Source of the DNA: an uncultured Planctomycetota bacterium | GTDB taxonomy: Bacteria; Planctomycetota; Planctomycetia; Isosphaerales; Isosphaeraceae | NCBI GenBank assembly: GCA_963823665.1 | Contig: CAWGMQ010000004.1 | Location: forward strand, 1,088,001-1,152,000 | DNA length: 64,000 nucleotides | Direction of reading: 5' to 3' | Part shown: positions 8,392 through 18,121 of the stretch, in pieces | Layout: the number at the start of each line of letters is the position of its first letter | Position numbering within the stretch: the stretch's first letter is position 1 | Translations under genes and position numbers: made by a program | The notes under the pieces: model-generated | Database searches by the model: none | Seen by the model: the letters and a program-made list of their open reading frames with translations, nothing else | What the model was told of the DNA's origin: nothing

Positions 8392-10043
8392 GAGGCTGTC
8401 ATCTTTTGGCCGCGTTGCGGTAACTCGGCCGTTGGGCCTAGTCGGCTGTGATTCACCGCTTGGTCGCTCGGTTAGTGCCGCCGATTCACGCCAGTTCTCC
8501 AATAGCCCAGCCGTTGACGCAAACGCGCTTTCCTATTTTGTCCCTTTTTTGCAAAGTACCGCTCATTCCGCCAGTTTGCCCATCGCTGGGCGCAGTCTCC
8601 CTGCGACAACCAGGTTGTGAGCAATTGCAAACAACAATGCGACGGCGCGGCAACGCGGTTGGCCACGCACGGGCATAAACCAGAATCCTCGATTGCGAGC
8701 CTGGGCGTTGACCCACTCGGCTGTTTGGCCTCGCAGCCGGTAGATCAGCTTCGCGGCCTCGGTCCCCATTCGGATCCGCCAAGCGGCAACCGCTTCGCTG
8801 TCGCCCTTCTTTGCGGTGTAGGGATCTTCTCCATTTGCCTGTTTCTTTTTCTCGTCTCTGATCGGCCCGTATACGATGCAGCCGCGTTGGGCCGCCTGAT
8901 CGATCGAGTCCTTGGTCGTGAAGCCACCGTCAACCAATGCCTCATCCGGAATTCGTTCGTAACGCTCCTCCAACTGGTCGAGCATGGGCGGAAGTTCTTC
9001 GCCATCGTTCCCTGCGTTGGTCACCTCCACACCCACAATCACACCGCTTTCGGTGTCTGTTGTGAATTGAACGTTATATCCCGGCCGGAATCCTCCGTCT
9101 GGAAACTTCATGATCCTCGCGTCGGGGTCGGTGGTCGAAGCACGCGCTTCCCGCCCCTTGCGGCCGTAGGACTCGTCACGTTCGCGTTGCAGCTCCTCGC
9201 ACTGCCGCATCGCTTCTTCGATCCGTTGCTGTCGCTTGTTGGCGGCACGCTCCCGCGCCGCTCGCTGCCGTCGAGTCAGCTCTGCTGTGTCCTCCTCGGC
9301 CAGTTTCTTCAGCGCCTCAACCTGCTCCTTCGCCGCTTTCAGGCACTCCTCCAGGCTACCGCGACGACGAAACGAGCTCTTGCCCGCGCTGGCACGCACT
9401 CTCATTCCGTCCTGAGCGACCCGGTCCATTTTCACCAACCCGGCATGGAGCAGGGTGCCCACGATCTGCGTGAGCAGTTCGTTCAACTTCTCGCCCCCAC
9501 AAGCGAGGAAGTGGGACAACATGCTGTGGTTGACGGTTACGCCGCCGCACAGCCACTGGTACGGCAGACTCCCTTGGTTCTTTTCGCACAGCCGTTCGAT
9601 TTCACGGGCGCTGCCGACTCCCTTCAATGTGGCGAAAACCCGCAATCCGACCAGCAAGCGCGGGTCGGTGGCATCTCGGCCGACATGTCGCTCGACGGCC
9701 TTGATCTCGCCGAGCCAGGCTTTCAGATCGAGCTTGCAGACCGCCGCCCAGACGACCCGGGCCGGATGGTCGGCCTCGAGCAATTCATCGAGCGATGCCC
9801 AGCGCATCTCGATCTGGTCGCGTACGGGACACCGCAGCCGCGGCTTGCCAGTTGGCATCGACTGGGCAGCCTGGGCGGGAGAGGGCTGATCGGGCAAGTC
9901 TTCTGGGCTAAAGAGAGGAAGTGTCATGACGCTCGTCCTGCAACACCGGGGCTGCGTGGGGCTCATGCGGCGGACTACATGCATGGTATTAGAACGTGAA
10001 CACTATACAAAATCAACCCCAACGCCGAAAAAATCACAGCCTC
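8392..10043 (-). mobile_element. IS1182-family insertion sequence (about 1.65 kb)
   Basis: Imperfect TIRs GAGGCTGTCATCTTTT / AAAAAATCACAGCCTC, flanked by a GGA direct repeat (8389-8391, 10044-10046); encloses a transposase. Confidence 0.8.
8563..9927 (-). CDS. IS1182-family DDE transposase
   Basis: DUF772-like N-terminus (DPRLL...SAREIERLC), VAQDGMRVRASA, STTDPDARIMK, GYNVQ, LVDGGF and YRLRGQTAEW motifs. Confidence 0.9.
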   Translation of the reverse strand: MTLPLFSPEDLPDQPSPAQAAQSMPTGKPRLRCPVRDQIEMRWASLDELLEADHPARVVWAAVCKLDLKAWLGEIKAVERHVGRDATDPRLLVGLRVFATLKGVGSAREIERLCEKNQGSLPYQWLCGGVTVNHSMLSHFLACGGEKLNELLTQIVGTLLHAGLVKMDRVAQDGMRVRASAGKSSFRRRGSLEECLKAAKEQVEALKKLAEEDTAELTRRQRAARERAANKRQQRIEEAMRQCEELQRERDESYGRKGREARASTTDPDARIMKFPDGGFRPGYNVQFTTDTESGVIVGVEVTNAGNDGEELPPMLDQLEERYERIPDEALVDGGFTTKDSIDQAAQRGCIVYGPIRDEKKKQANGEDPYTAKKGDSEAVAAWRIRMGTEAAKLIYRLRGQTAEWVNAQARNRGFWFMPVRGQPRCRAVALLFAIAHNLVVAGRLRPAMGKLAE

Positions 10044-10087
10044 GGAGCGAAGGGCGACAATGAGGTCTGCTCTGGCCTCCGGCCGGC

Positions 10088-10615
10088 TCAGCCGGCCGCT
10101 TCCTTTAAAGCCTTCAGCGCCGGCTCGTAGTTGGGCTCCTGGGCGATTTCGGGGACGATCTCGGCGTACCGGATGGTATCTGCGGCATCGACCACGAAGA
10201 CCGCCCTGGCCAGAAGAGGGACCGGCAGGTCTTCTATCAGCACTCCGTAATGTTCGCCGAAGCTGTGGTTGTGGACGTCGGACAGGTTCTTCAAGTTTTC
10301 GATGCTGGCCTCCGTGCAGAACCGCGCCTGAGCGAACGGCAGATCGGTGCTGACGGTGTAAGCGGCGACCTTGTCGCCCAGAGCCTTCAATTCTTCAGCA
10401 AATCGCTTGGTTTGCCTGTTGCATACCGGTGTGTCGAGAGAAGGGACGACGTTGAATAGCCGGGCCTTGCCGGCGGTGCTGGCCAGTGAGAGGAAGGCCA
10501 GACCTGCCCCCACGCACTTGAAGTCGGGCGCCTTGTCGCCCGGTTTGAGCTTCGGGCCGACGAGAGTGATTGGATTCCCCTTGAATGTCACTTCGCCCTT
10601 TCGCGTATCAGCCAT
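10088..10615 (-). CDS. tpx: Thiol peroxidase (atypical 2-Cys peroxiredoxin)
   Basis: VPSLDTPVC, STDLPFAQARFC and LARAVFVVD motifs. Confidence 0.95.
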   Translation of the reverse strand: MADTRKGEVTFKGNPITLVGPKLKPGDKAPDFKCVGAGLAFLSLASTAGKARLFNVVPSLDTPVCNRQTKRFAEELKALGDKVAAYTVSTDLPFAQARFCTEASIENLKNLSDVHNHSFGEHYGVLIEDLPVPLLARAVFVVDAADTIRYAEIVPEIAQEPNYEPALKALKEAAG

Positions 10616-10768
10616 GAGAATCGCACCTCGGAGAGTCAAAAGGGATGTCAATCGGGTAAACTCAATGTGGCCATCAGCGTATCAACGGCGGGCGGCCATC
10701 GGCTAGAGGCCAGCGACCGGATGTGGCTCGCGCTCAGGTCAGTGCCGATTGTCGCCAGGGAAGTGAGA

Positions 10769-12614
10769 ATGCACAGTCCATATTCTTTTGATGTTGTGGT
10801 TGTTGGTGCCGGGCACGCCGGACTGGAAGCGGCGCTTGCTTCTGCTCGCATGGGGCTGCGCACGGCGCTCTTGACGATCAACTGCGACACGGTTGGCCAG
10901 ATGAGCTGCAACCCGGCGATCGGGGGGGTGGCGAAGGGGCAGATCGTTCGGGAGATCGACGCCCTGGGCGGCGCGATGGCTTTGTTCACCGACGCCACTG
11001 CACTGCAATTCCGTCTACTCAACAGGGGCAAAGGGCCGGCTATGCACAGCCCGCGGGCCCAGTGCGACAAGAAGGCCTATCAGTTCCTGGCCAAGCGGAC
11101 AGTCGAAAGCCAGCCGGGGCTTACGCTCCGGCAAGAAATGATTGACTCGATCTGGGTCGAGAACGGGCGGGTCGCCGGGGTGATTTGCCGTGGCAATGCG
11201 CGGTATCACGCCAGGGCCGTCGTGCTCACGACAGGCACGTTTCTTCAGGCACTGATGCACACCGGCGAGGTGAAGACGCCCGGTGGTCGCGGCGGCGAGG
11301 GGGCTGCGGTCGGGCTTTCGGAGAGCCTGTGCAGCCTGGGATTCGAGCTGTTGCGATTCAAGACCGGCACGCCACCGCGGCTGAACGGGCGGACGATCGA
11401 CTTCAGCCGCCTGGAGCCACAGCCGGGAGACGCCGAGCCGGTGGCCTTCTCGTTCCTCACGGAGCGATTGACGCAGCCGCAGCTCGACTGCCACATCACC
11501 TACACCAATACTGCAGTGCACGATGTGATCCGAGCCAACCTTCACCGCGCACCGATGTATTCGGGCCAGATCCAGAGCACCGGTCCGCGGTACTGTCCGT
11601 CGATCGAAGACAAGGTCGTCCGCTTCGCCGACCGCCAGGCACACCAGATTTTTCTCGAGCCCGAGGGACGAAACACCCTCGAGTATTACTGCAACGGGAT
11701 ATCGACGAGCCTGCCGCGCAACGTTCAGGAGGCGATCATACCGATGATCGCGGGGCTGGAGCACGCCGAGATCATGCGGTTTGGCTACGCGGTCGAATAT
11801 GACTTCGCCCCTCCCACCCAGCTTGCACCGACGCTCGGAGACCAAGGCCGTGCGCAACCTGTTCTTCGCCGGACAGATCAACGGCACGACCGGCTACGAG
11901 GAAGCCGCCGCCCAGGGCCTCATCGCCGGGATCAACGCCGCGCTCTCGGCCAGGAACGAGCCGCCGTTTCTGATCGATCGATCGCAAGCGTATATCGGAG
12001 TATTGATCGACGATCTGGTCACGCGAGGGGTGGACGAGCCATACCGCATGTTCACCAGCCGAGCCGAGTACCGGCTGCTGCTGCGGCACGATAACGCCGA
12101 CTTGCGGCTGACCGAGCGCGGCAGGGGGATCGGCCTGGTCGACGACACGAGGTGGCAAAGGTTCGAGCAGCGGCGAGATTACGTCGGCCGTCTGCGCACG
12201 AGGCTTCTAAGCACGCGTGCTTCGGGCGCCACACTGTTCCAGGCTCTGGGCCGGCCGGAAGCGGCCTGGAGCGACATCGTGCTTCTCGACCCGGCGATTG
12301 ATCACGAAGGGTTTGAAAACGACGCGATCGAGCAGGTGACGATCGACGCGAAATACGCCGGCTACATCGGCCGCCAGAGCGAGCAAGTCGAGCGATTCCG
12401 TCGACTCGAGGACAAGCGGATTCCGTCTGACTTCTCGTACCGCGCGATCCCGCAGCTTCGGGCCGAGGCCCGTGAGAAACTCGAACGCGTGCGCCCGCTT
12501 TCGCTGGGCCAGGCGGGCCGGATCAGCGGAATCAGCCCGGCTGATATCGCCACGCTGCTGATCCACTTGAAGCGATCTGAGCCGGGATTATCGGCGCCCT
12601 TGCGCGAGACGTGA
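10769..12614 (+). CDS. mnmG: tRNA uridine-5-carboxymethylaminomethyl(34) synthesis enzyme (frameshift near 11835)
   Basis: GAGHAG, MSCNPAIGG, RFKTGTPPR and GPRYCPSIEDK in the first frame; FFAGQINGTTGYEEAAAQG and EPYRMFTSRAEYRL in the second. Confidence 0.95.
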
Positions 12615-12695
12615 CTCGATCGGGCGGTTGCGCAACGGTTTTGTAGCGGCGGCCGCCGGAATGCCCCCCCCTGCACAGCCTCGCTCTCCTGGTGC

Positions 12696-15600
12696 TCAGG
12701 CCGGGGTGATGCGTGCTCCACCCGGTGAGATCGCGAGCACTCGGTTTCCGGAGACGAACGCACCCGAGAGGTCCGTGACTCCGCTTGTCGGGCCGCCCAG
12801 GACTGTGATCTGGCCCCCGGTCTTGAAGGTCTGCTGCGCCCCAAATGTCAACTGGACGCTCTCGCTCGCATCGTTGTACGAAACCGTGAAGTTTGTGAGC
12901 GGCTGCATCGTGGTGACCTTCTTCCTCTTGACGGTCTTCGTGGACAGGAGTTCGATCTGGTAATTGGTCGGGAACTGCGCACTGGCTGCGGTCAGCTTGC
13001 TGCTGAAATCGATCATGTAGCCGACCAGCGTTGGATTTCCCGACGGTTTCCCGTGCTTCAGCTTCCGCTGAAATAATGGCTGTTCGCCGATGATCGTGGG
13101 CGGCGCCGGTGCCTTGGCGATGACCACTGTCTGCGCGACGTTGATCGCGACGCTTGCCATGGCCGTCATGTAGTCGAGTGAGTCGGTGGGCGTGAAGGTC
13201 ACGGCTAGCGATTGGGCCTGTCCGGCGTGGAGGAAGGTTCCGGCCGCCGGCGTGTATACGAATGTGCCCGGCACGGAGGCGGTGGCGTCGAGCTGGGTCG
13301 CCGAGAGGGGCGTGCCGTACGTGATGCCGGCGGGTGTGGTCCAGGTCACCGTTGGCGTGGCCTGTGTGACGGTGACGGTCAGGCCCGGCGTCACCGTGGT
13401 TACCGGGCTACTGCCGCGGGCGCCTATGATCACATCCCCTTTGGGATTCACCGCCACGCCCGCAGGCTTCATCAGTCCGGAGCCGACGGTCGTCTGCTTG
13501 CCCGGCGGCGTCACCTTGAGCACTTGATTGTTACCGGTGTCGGCAATGAACACGTCGCCCGAGCCGTCGACCGCCACACCTTCAGGCTGCGAGAGGCCGG
13601 AGCCGACGGTCGACTGAGTCCCCGACGGTGTCACCTCGAGGACGCGGTTATTGCCGGTATCGGCGATAAACAGATCTCCGCCTGAGTCAACCGCGATGCC
13701 CTCGGGTCCGGATAACCCGGATACGATCGTCAACTGGGTGCCGCCGGCCGTCACCTCGACCACGCGGTTATTGCCCGTATCGGCGATGAAGACGTCGCCG
13801 GCAGCATCGACCGCCACGCCCATGGGGCAGTTCAGTCCGGAGCCGATGGTCTGCGTCCCGGTGGACGTGACCTCGAGAACCTGATTCTGGCCGGAGTCGG
13901 CGATGAATACGTCCCCTGCGGCGTCGACGGCTGTGCCCCAGGGGGATTCCAGTCCGGAGACCAGGGTCGTCTGCGTTCCGTCATCCGTCAGCTCGAGCAC
14001 CTGATTGTTGTTGCCGTCGGCGATGAATACGTCTCCCGAACTGTCCACCGCCACGCCCGCGGGCGCAGAGACCCTGGTGGCAGGCAATTTCGATTGCGGG
14101 CTCGCCGGCTCGACGCCCGAGGAGCTGGCAGTGTAAGTGGCCGTGCCGCTAAATGAGGCGGTGATGGTGTGCGAGCCGACCGTGAGCGTCGTCGTGGTGA
14201 AGGCGGCCACGCCGGCGGTCACAGGGGATGTCTCAATCGCCGTGATGCCGTCGAGGAATGTGACCGAGCCCTGGCTGGGGACGGTCACCCCTGCCGGGAC
14301 ACTGACCGTGGCGGTGAAGGTTTCGGGCCGGCCGAAGACGATCGAGGCGGAGCTGGCGGCCAGGCTGATGCTGGTGGCGACCTGCCTGACCGTTGCCTGG
14401 AGTGCCGGCGTGATCTCGAGCACCTGGTTGTTGCCGAAATCGCTGACGAACACGTCGCCTGTGCCGTCTACAGCCGGATACGCGGGCTGGGCGAGCCCTG
14501 AGCCGACGGCCGTCTGCGGCGAGCCCGAGCCCGGCACCCTGAGCAACTGGCCCGCGAGCGGTTCGGCAATGAACACATCATTCGCGCTGTCGACTGCCAC
14601 GCCCTGAGGGAATTCCAGTCCCGAGCCGACGAACGTCTGTGCGCTCGAGCTCGACACCTCGAGAACCTCGTTGGCGAGAGACTCGGCGATGAACACGTCG
14701 CCGGCGGAGTCAACCGCCACGCCCGTCGGTTGGTCATCGCAATCGGTGAGGGTTGTCTGCGTGCCGCTCGGCGTGACCTCGACGACCCGGCAATTGTCGG
14801 TATCGGCGATGAAGACGTCGCCCGTGGCGTCCACCGCCACGCCCTCCGGGTGGCTCAGACCTGAGCCGATGGTTTGCGTGCCCGATGGCGCCAGCTCGAG
14901 GACGCGGTTGTTCATGGTATCGGCCACGAACACGTCGCCAGCCGAATCGACCGCGACGCCTGTAGGAGAATTCAGCCCGGAGATGAGGGTCTGCTGTGTT
15001 CCGGACGGGAGGACCTCCACCACGCGGTTATTCTGGAAATCGGCGATGAAGACATCGCCCGTCGCGTCCACGGCCACGCCCGAGGGCCCGGAGAGCAAGG
15101 AGGTGGGTACAACGGACTGGGTGCTCGTGCTGGCTGCGAACTGAGTTGTTCCGCCAAAAGAAGCAGTGATCGCGTGCGAGCCCATGGAGAGGGACGACGT
15201 CGTGAAGGTTGCCTCGCTTGCAGCGTGAAATGGATTGCTCGAGACGGCCGCGGTGCCGAGCGGCGTGGTGCCGTCCCAGAACGTGACATTGCCGAGGTTG
15301 GGAGCCATCGAGCCGCTCGGCACGTTGACAATGGCGGTGAAGGTTTGGGACTGGCCGAAGGCGGTCGTGGCCGAGCTGGCGGCCAGTCTGATGGTAGTCG
15401 GCACCGGGCTGACGGTGATGGGTGCGACTTCCAGCACCTGGTCGTTGCCGCCGTCACTGACGAATGCATCTCCCGCGGCGTTCACGGTGACGCCGGTGGC
15501 GATGCCGATGCCGGCGCCCTGTGTCAACTCTGTGCCCGAGGTTGTCACTTCGAGCAACTGGCCGGCGGCGATGAACAAGTTCCCGCTTGCGTCGACCGCC

Positions 15601-16553
15601 ACACTGTGGGGCGAGGGTATCCCGAAGGCGACGGTGTGTTGCGTGCCCGACTGCGTCACCTCAACGACCCGGTTGTTGCCGGTATCGGCGATGAAGACGT
15701 CGCCGGAGCTGTCAACCGCCACGCCCTCGGGATCGTTTAGCCCGGAGCCGAAGGTCTGAGTGACCGTCCATGTCACCTCTCCCATGACACCCTGAATGCC
15801 GGCGCCCAAGGTCGGCGTGCTGGACGGAGCGAGCTCGAGCACGCGGTTATGACCTGAATCGGCGACGAACACGTCTCCCGCGGCGTTGAGCGCCACGCCC
15901 TGAGGCAAATCGAACCCGGAGCCGACCGTCAGTTGAGCGCCACCCGGCGTGATCTCGAGGACTTTGCTGGCGAAGGCATCGGCAACGAAGACGTCTCGCG
16001 CGGCATCAACGGCCACACCTACGGGACCGGATAATCCAGAGGCGACGGTCGTTTGCGTGCCAAGCGCCGTTTCTTCAACCACGCGGCCCTGCCCACCGTC
16101 GGCGATGAACAGGTCCCCAAGTCCGTCGAGGGCCACGCCCTCCGGGAGAGAGAGGCCGGAGACCGGCACGACGGACTGGACACCGGCGGAGCTACTGGGC
16201 GCGAAGTTCCCGGAGCCGCTGTAGGACGCACTGATCGAGTGCGCGCCCACGGCGAGGGTCGATGTCGTCAACGCGGCGACGCCTGCGGTGACGTTCGAGG
16301 TGCCAAGTGGCGCGCCGCCGTCTGAAAACGTGACTGTGCCCTCGCTCGGCAGGGCGGCGGTCGAGCTGCTCGGAACGGCGACGGTTGCGGTGATGGTCTC
16401 GGATTGACCGTAGATGGGCGCAAGATTCGAGGCGGCGATCGAGACGAGAGTCGGCGTGAGGGTGGAAAGCAGCGTGCGGCGCTCGAGCGGCTCGACGAAA
16501 AGCCGGCGGGCGGATCTGAGGAAGCGAGCCTGGTGCGGCATCGAACGTGTCAT
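12696..16553 (-). CDS. Large surface protein: NHL-repeat propellers alternating with Ig-like (Big_3) domains
   Basis: N-terminal RRLFVEPLERRTLLS motif, many PxGVAVDxxGDVFIADTGNNRV repeats, and GTVTFxDG...GxHxITAxxSG Ig-like units. Confidence 0.85.
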   Translation of the reverse strand: MTRSMPHQARFLRSARRLFVEPLERRTLLSTLTPTLVSIAASNLAPIYGQSETITATVAVPSSSTAALPSEGTVTFSDGGAPLGTSNVTAGVAALTTSTLAVGAHSISASYSGSGNFAPSSSAGVQSVVPVSGLSLPEGVALDGLGDLFIADGGQGRVVEETALGTQTTVASGLSGPVGVAVDAARDVFVADAFASKVLEITPGGAQLTVGSGFDLPQGVALNAAGDVFVADSGHNRVLELAPSSTPTLGAGIQGVMGEVTWTVTQTFGSGLNDPEGVAVDSSGDVFIADTGNNRVVEVTQSGTQHTVAFGIPSPHSVAVDASGNLFIAAGQLLEVTTSGTELTQGAGIGIATGVTVNAAGDAFVSDGGNDQVLEVAPITVSPVPTTIRLAASSATTAFGQSQTFTAIVNVPSGSMAPNLGNVTFWDGTTPLGTAAVSSNPFHAASEATFTTSSLSMGSHAITASFGGTTQFAASTSTQSVVPTSLLSGPSGVAVDATGDVFIADFQNNRVVEVLPSGTQQTLISGLNSPTGVAVDSAGDVFVADTMNNRVLELAPSGTQTIGSGLSHPEGVAVDATGDVFIADTDNCRVVEVTPSGTQTTLTDCDDQPTGVAVDSAGDVFIAESLANEVLEVSSSSAQTFVGSGLEFPQGVAVDSANDVFIAEPLAGQLLRVPGSGSPQTAVGSGLAQPAYPAVDGTGDVFVSDFGNNQVLEITPALQATVRQVATSISLAASSASIVFGRPETFTATVSVPAGVTVPSQGSVTFLDGITAIETSPVTAGVAAFTTTTLTVGSHTITASFSGTATYTASSSGVEPASPQSKLPATRVSAPAGVAVDSSGDVFIADGNNNQVLELTDDGTQTTLVSGLESPWGTAVDAAGDVFIADSGQNQVLEVTSTGTQTIGSGLNCPMGVAVDAAGDVFIADTGNNRVVEVTAGGTQLTIVSGLSGPEGIAVDSGGDLFIADTGNNRVLEVTPSGTQSTVGSGLSQPEGVAVDGSGDVFIADTGNNQVLKVTPPGKQTTVGSGLMKPAGVAVNPKGDVIIGARGSSPVTTVTPGLTVTVTQATPTVTWTTPAGITYGTPLSATQLDATASVPGTFVYTPAAGTFLHAGQAQSLAVTFTPTDSLDYMTAMASVAINVAQTVVIAKAPAPPTIIGEQPLFQRKLKHGKPSGNPTLVGYMIDFSSKLTAASAQFPTNYQIELLSTKTVKRKKVTTMQPLTNFTVSYNDASESVQLTFGAQQTFKTGGQITVLGGPTSGVTDLSGAFVSGNRVLAISPGGARITPA

Positions 16554-17191
16554 GGATCACCGTTTCTTAATCGGAAACATCTGTCGGCTATCAAGGGATT
16601 GCCGAGGGACGCCCCGATCGGACAGCGACCTCGCCGATTTGCAGAATGAAGGCGCCCGGCAGACAGGAGCGCGGCGGGATAGCTCGCGATCAATTGCGAC
16701 CGGAATCAAACCGCTTCAGCCGCGGCGACGGCGCCAGGTTGCTCATCTCACTCAAACGCCGTGAAGACGAATTGCCACCGCAATTCTCTGTCTTGTCGCC
16801 GTCACAGTTGGTCCGGGAAAACGCGCGGGGCGTCGGTCTGCATTCGATGGAAGAATGGCTCCGAATTGCTTCGTGCGACGGTGAAGTGACGCGAACGCGA
16901 ATCTGGAGAAGGAAGGGGATTCACTTCACCGTTCCTACGCAAAACTCTGTCAAGCTGTCACTTCCTCGCGCATGCCCAATGAGTGACAATGGCACTCCTT
17001 CCCGTCATATACTTCTTCTTTCGATTCGTCCGAGACTCGCCACCTTCCGATCCGGCCCCGAACGCCACTCATATTTTTTTTTCCTATTCTTCCTGGCATT
17101 AAATCGCCGGAGTCGGTAAAACTCTCTCAGGCTGGCGACCCACAGAGTCTAGGGAGAAGTGGCGAAAGCCAATGAAGCCGAATCGAGTGGA

Positions 17192-17219
17192 TTGACAAGG
17201 TGGGGCCATATCCTACAAT
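17192..17219 (+). promoter_or_regulatory. Sigma70-type promoter (TTGACA-16 bp-TACAAT)
   Basis: Near-consensus hexamers about 245 bp upstream of the HTH-REC gene. Confidence 0.6.
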
Positions 17220-17465
17220 TGGCTATATCGGCAATATTGGTAAATTCCAGAGATTCCGCTGACTTTAACAGCGATGCTTTTGCGATCAGGTTGTTGAGTC
17301 GACAGAGGGAGGCAGAGGTGGAATGAGAACTGAGTTGGGTTCACGTCGTGAGAAGGACTAGCACGGAGGCCGATCGGGCGGCATCTTCCTTTTCCGCACG
17401 AGTTCCCAATGACTGGGAGAAGGAGGGCCTTGTCCTTGATCGCGCAAGATGGGACCTACACAACG

Positions 17466-18047
17466 ATGAAGACGGTTTTCACGACAGGCGAGGCGGCCAA
17501 GATATGTAAAGTGAGCCAGCAGACGATCATTCGCTGCTTTGACTCGGGTCAGCTCAAGGGCTTCCGAGTTCCCGGCTCACGATTTCGTCGCATCCCTCGC
17601 GATGCGCTCTATCGATTCATGAAAGAGAACGGTATCCCGACGGACGCCATGGAGAGCGGTCGGCGGCGGATCCTGATCGTCGACGACGATCAGGCGGTGG
17701 TGGACCTCATTTCCGAGGTTTTCGCCGCTGACAATCGTTTCGAGACCAAGGTCGTGAACAACGGATTCGGCGCTGGCATGCTCGCCAAGGAGTACCACCC
17801 GGATCTCATCATCCTTGATGTCATGCTGCCAGACATCAATGGACAGGCGGTTTGCGAAATCATTCGAGGCGATTCGGCCATGTCGGACATCAAGATCATC
17901 TGCATCTCAGGATTGATCGAAGCCGACAAGATTCAGGAGCTTACCGAATCGGGTGCGGACGAGTTCCTGCACAAACCGCTGGATATCGATGAACTGATGC
18001 GCCGCGTCTGCCGACTCTTGGATATGGAGGCCAGCGTGGTGAGCTGA
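17466..18047 (+). CDS. Response regulator with N-terminal excisionase/MerR-like (HTH_17) DNA-binding domain
   Basis: FTTGEAAKICKVSQQTIIRCFDSGQLKGFRVPGSRFRRIPR followed by a REC domain (ILIVDDD, PDLIILDVMLPD, HKP). Confidence 0.9.
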   Translation: MKTVFTTGEAAKICKVSQQTIIRCFDSGQLKGFRVPGSRFRRIPRDALYRFMKENGIPTDAMESGRRRILIVDDDQAVVDLISEVFAADNRFETKVVNNGFGAGMLAKEYHPDLIILDVMLPDINGQAVCEIIRGDSAMSDIKIICISGLIEADKIQELTESGADEFLHKPLDIDELMRRVCRLLDMEASVVS

Positions 18048-18121
18048 TCGTCTGCGCTAGAGGCAAGCTCGAGGTAATTCGGGCAAGCTAGCGTGGGGGA
18101 AATGCGCGCCTTGGGTCTAGA

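Noticed and set aside
8444..8453. GGCTGTGATT as alternative left end of the IS
   Set aside because: It matches 10 bp of the right end, but the 8392 boundary gives a longer TIR, a GGA duplication and a perfect restored hairpin.
8617..9999. 460-aa ORF antisense to the transposase
   Set aside because: Shadow ORF typical of GC-rich coding DNA; no recognisable motifs.
11820..11850. Programmed frameshifting or true pseudogene in mnmG
   Set aside because: No slippery heptamer is evident, and similar indels are scattered through unrelated genes, favouring sequencing error.
13400..16150. Nucleotide repeats as DGR or repeat array
   Set aside because: Explained by ~41-aa NHL protein repeats; no reverse transcriptase or adenine-specific variation seen.
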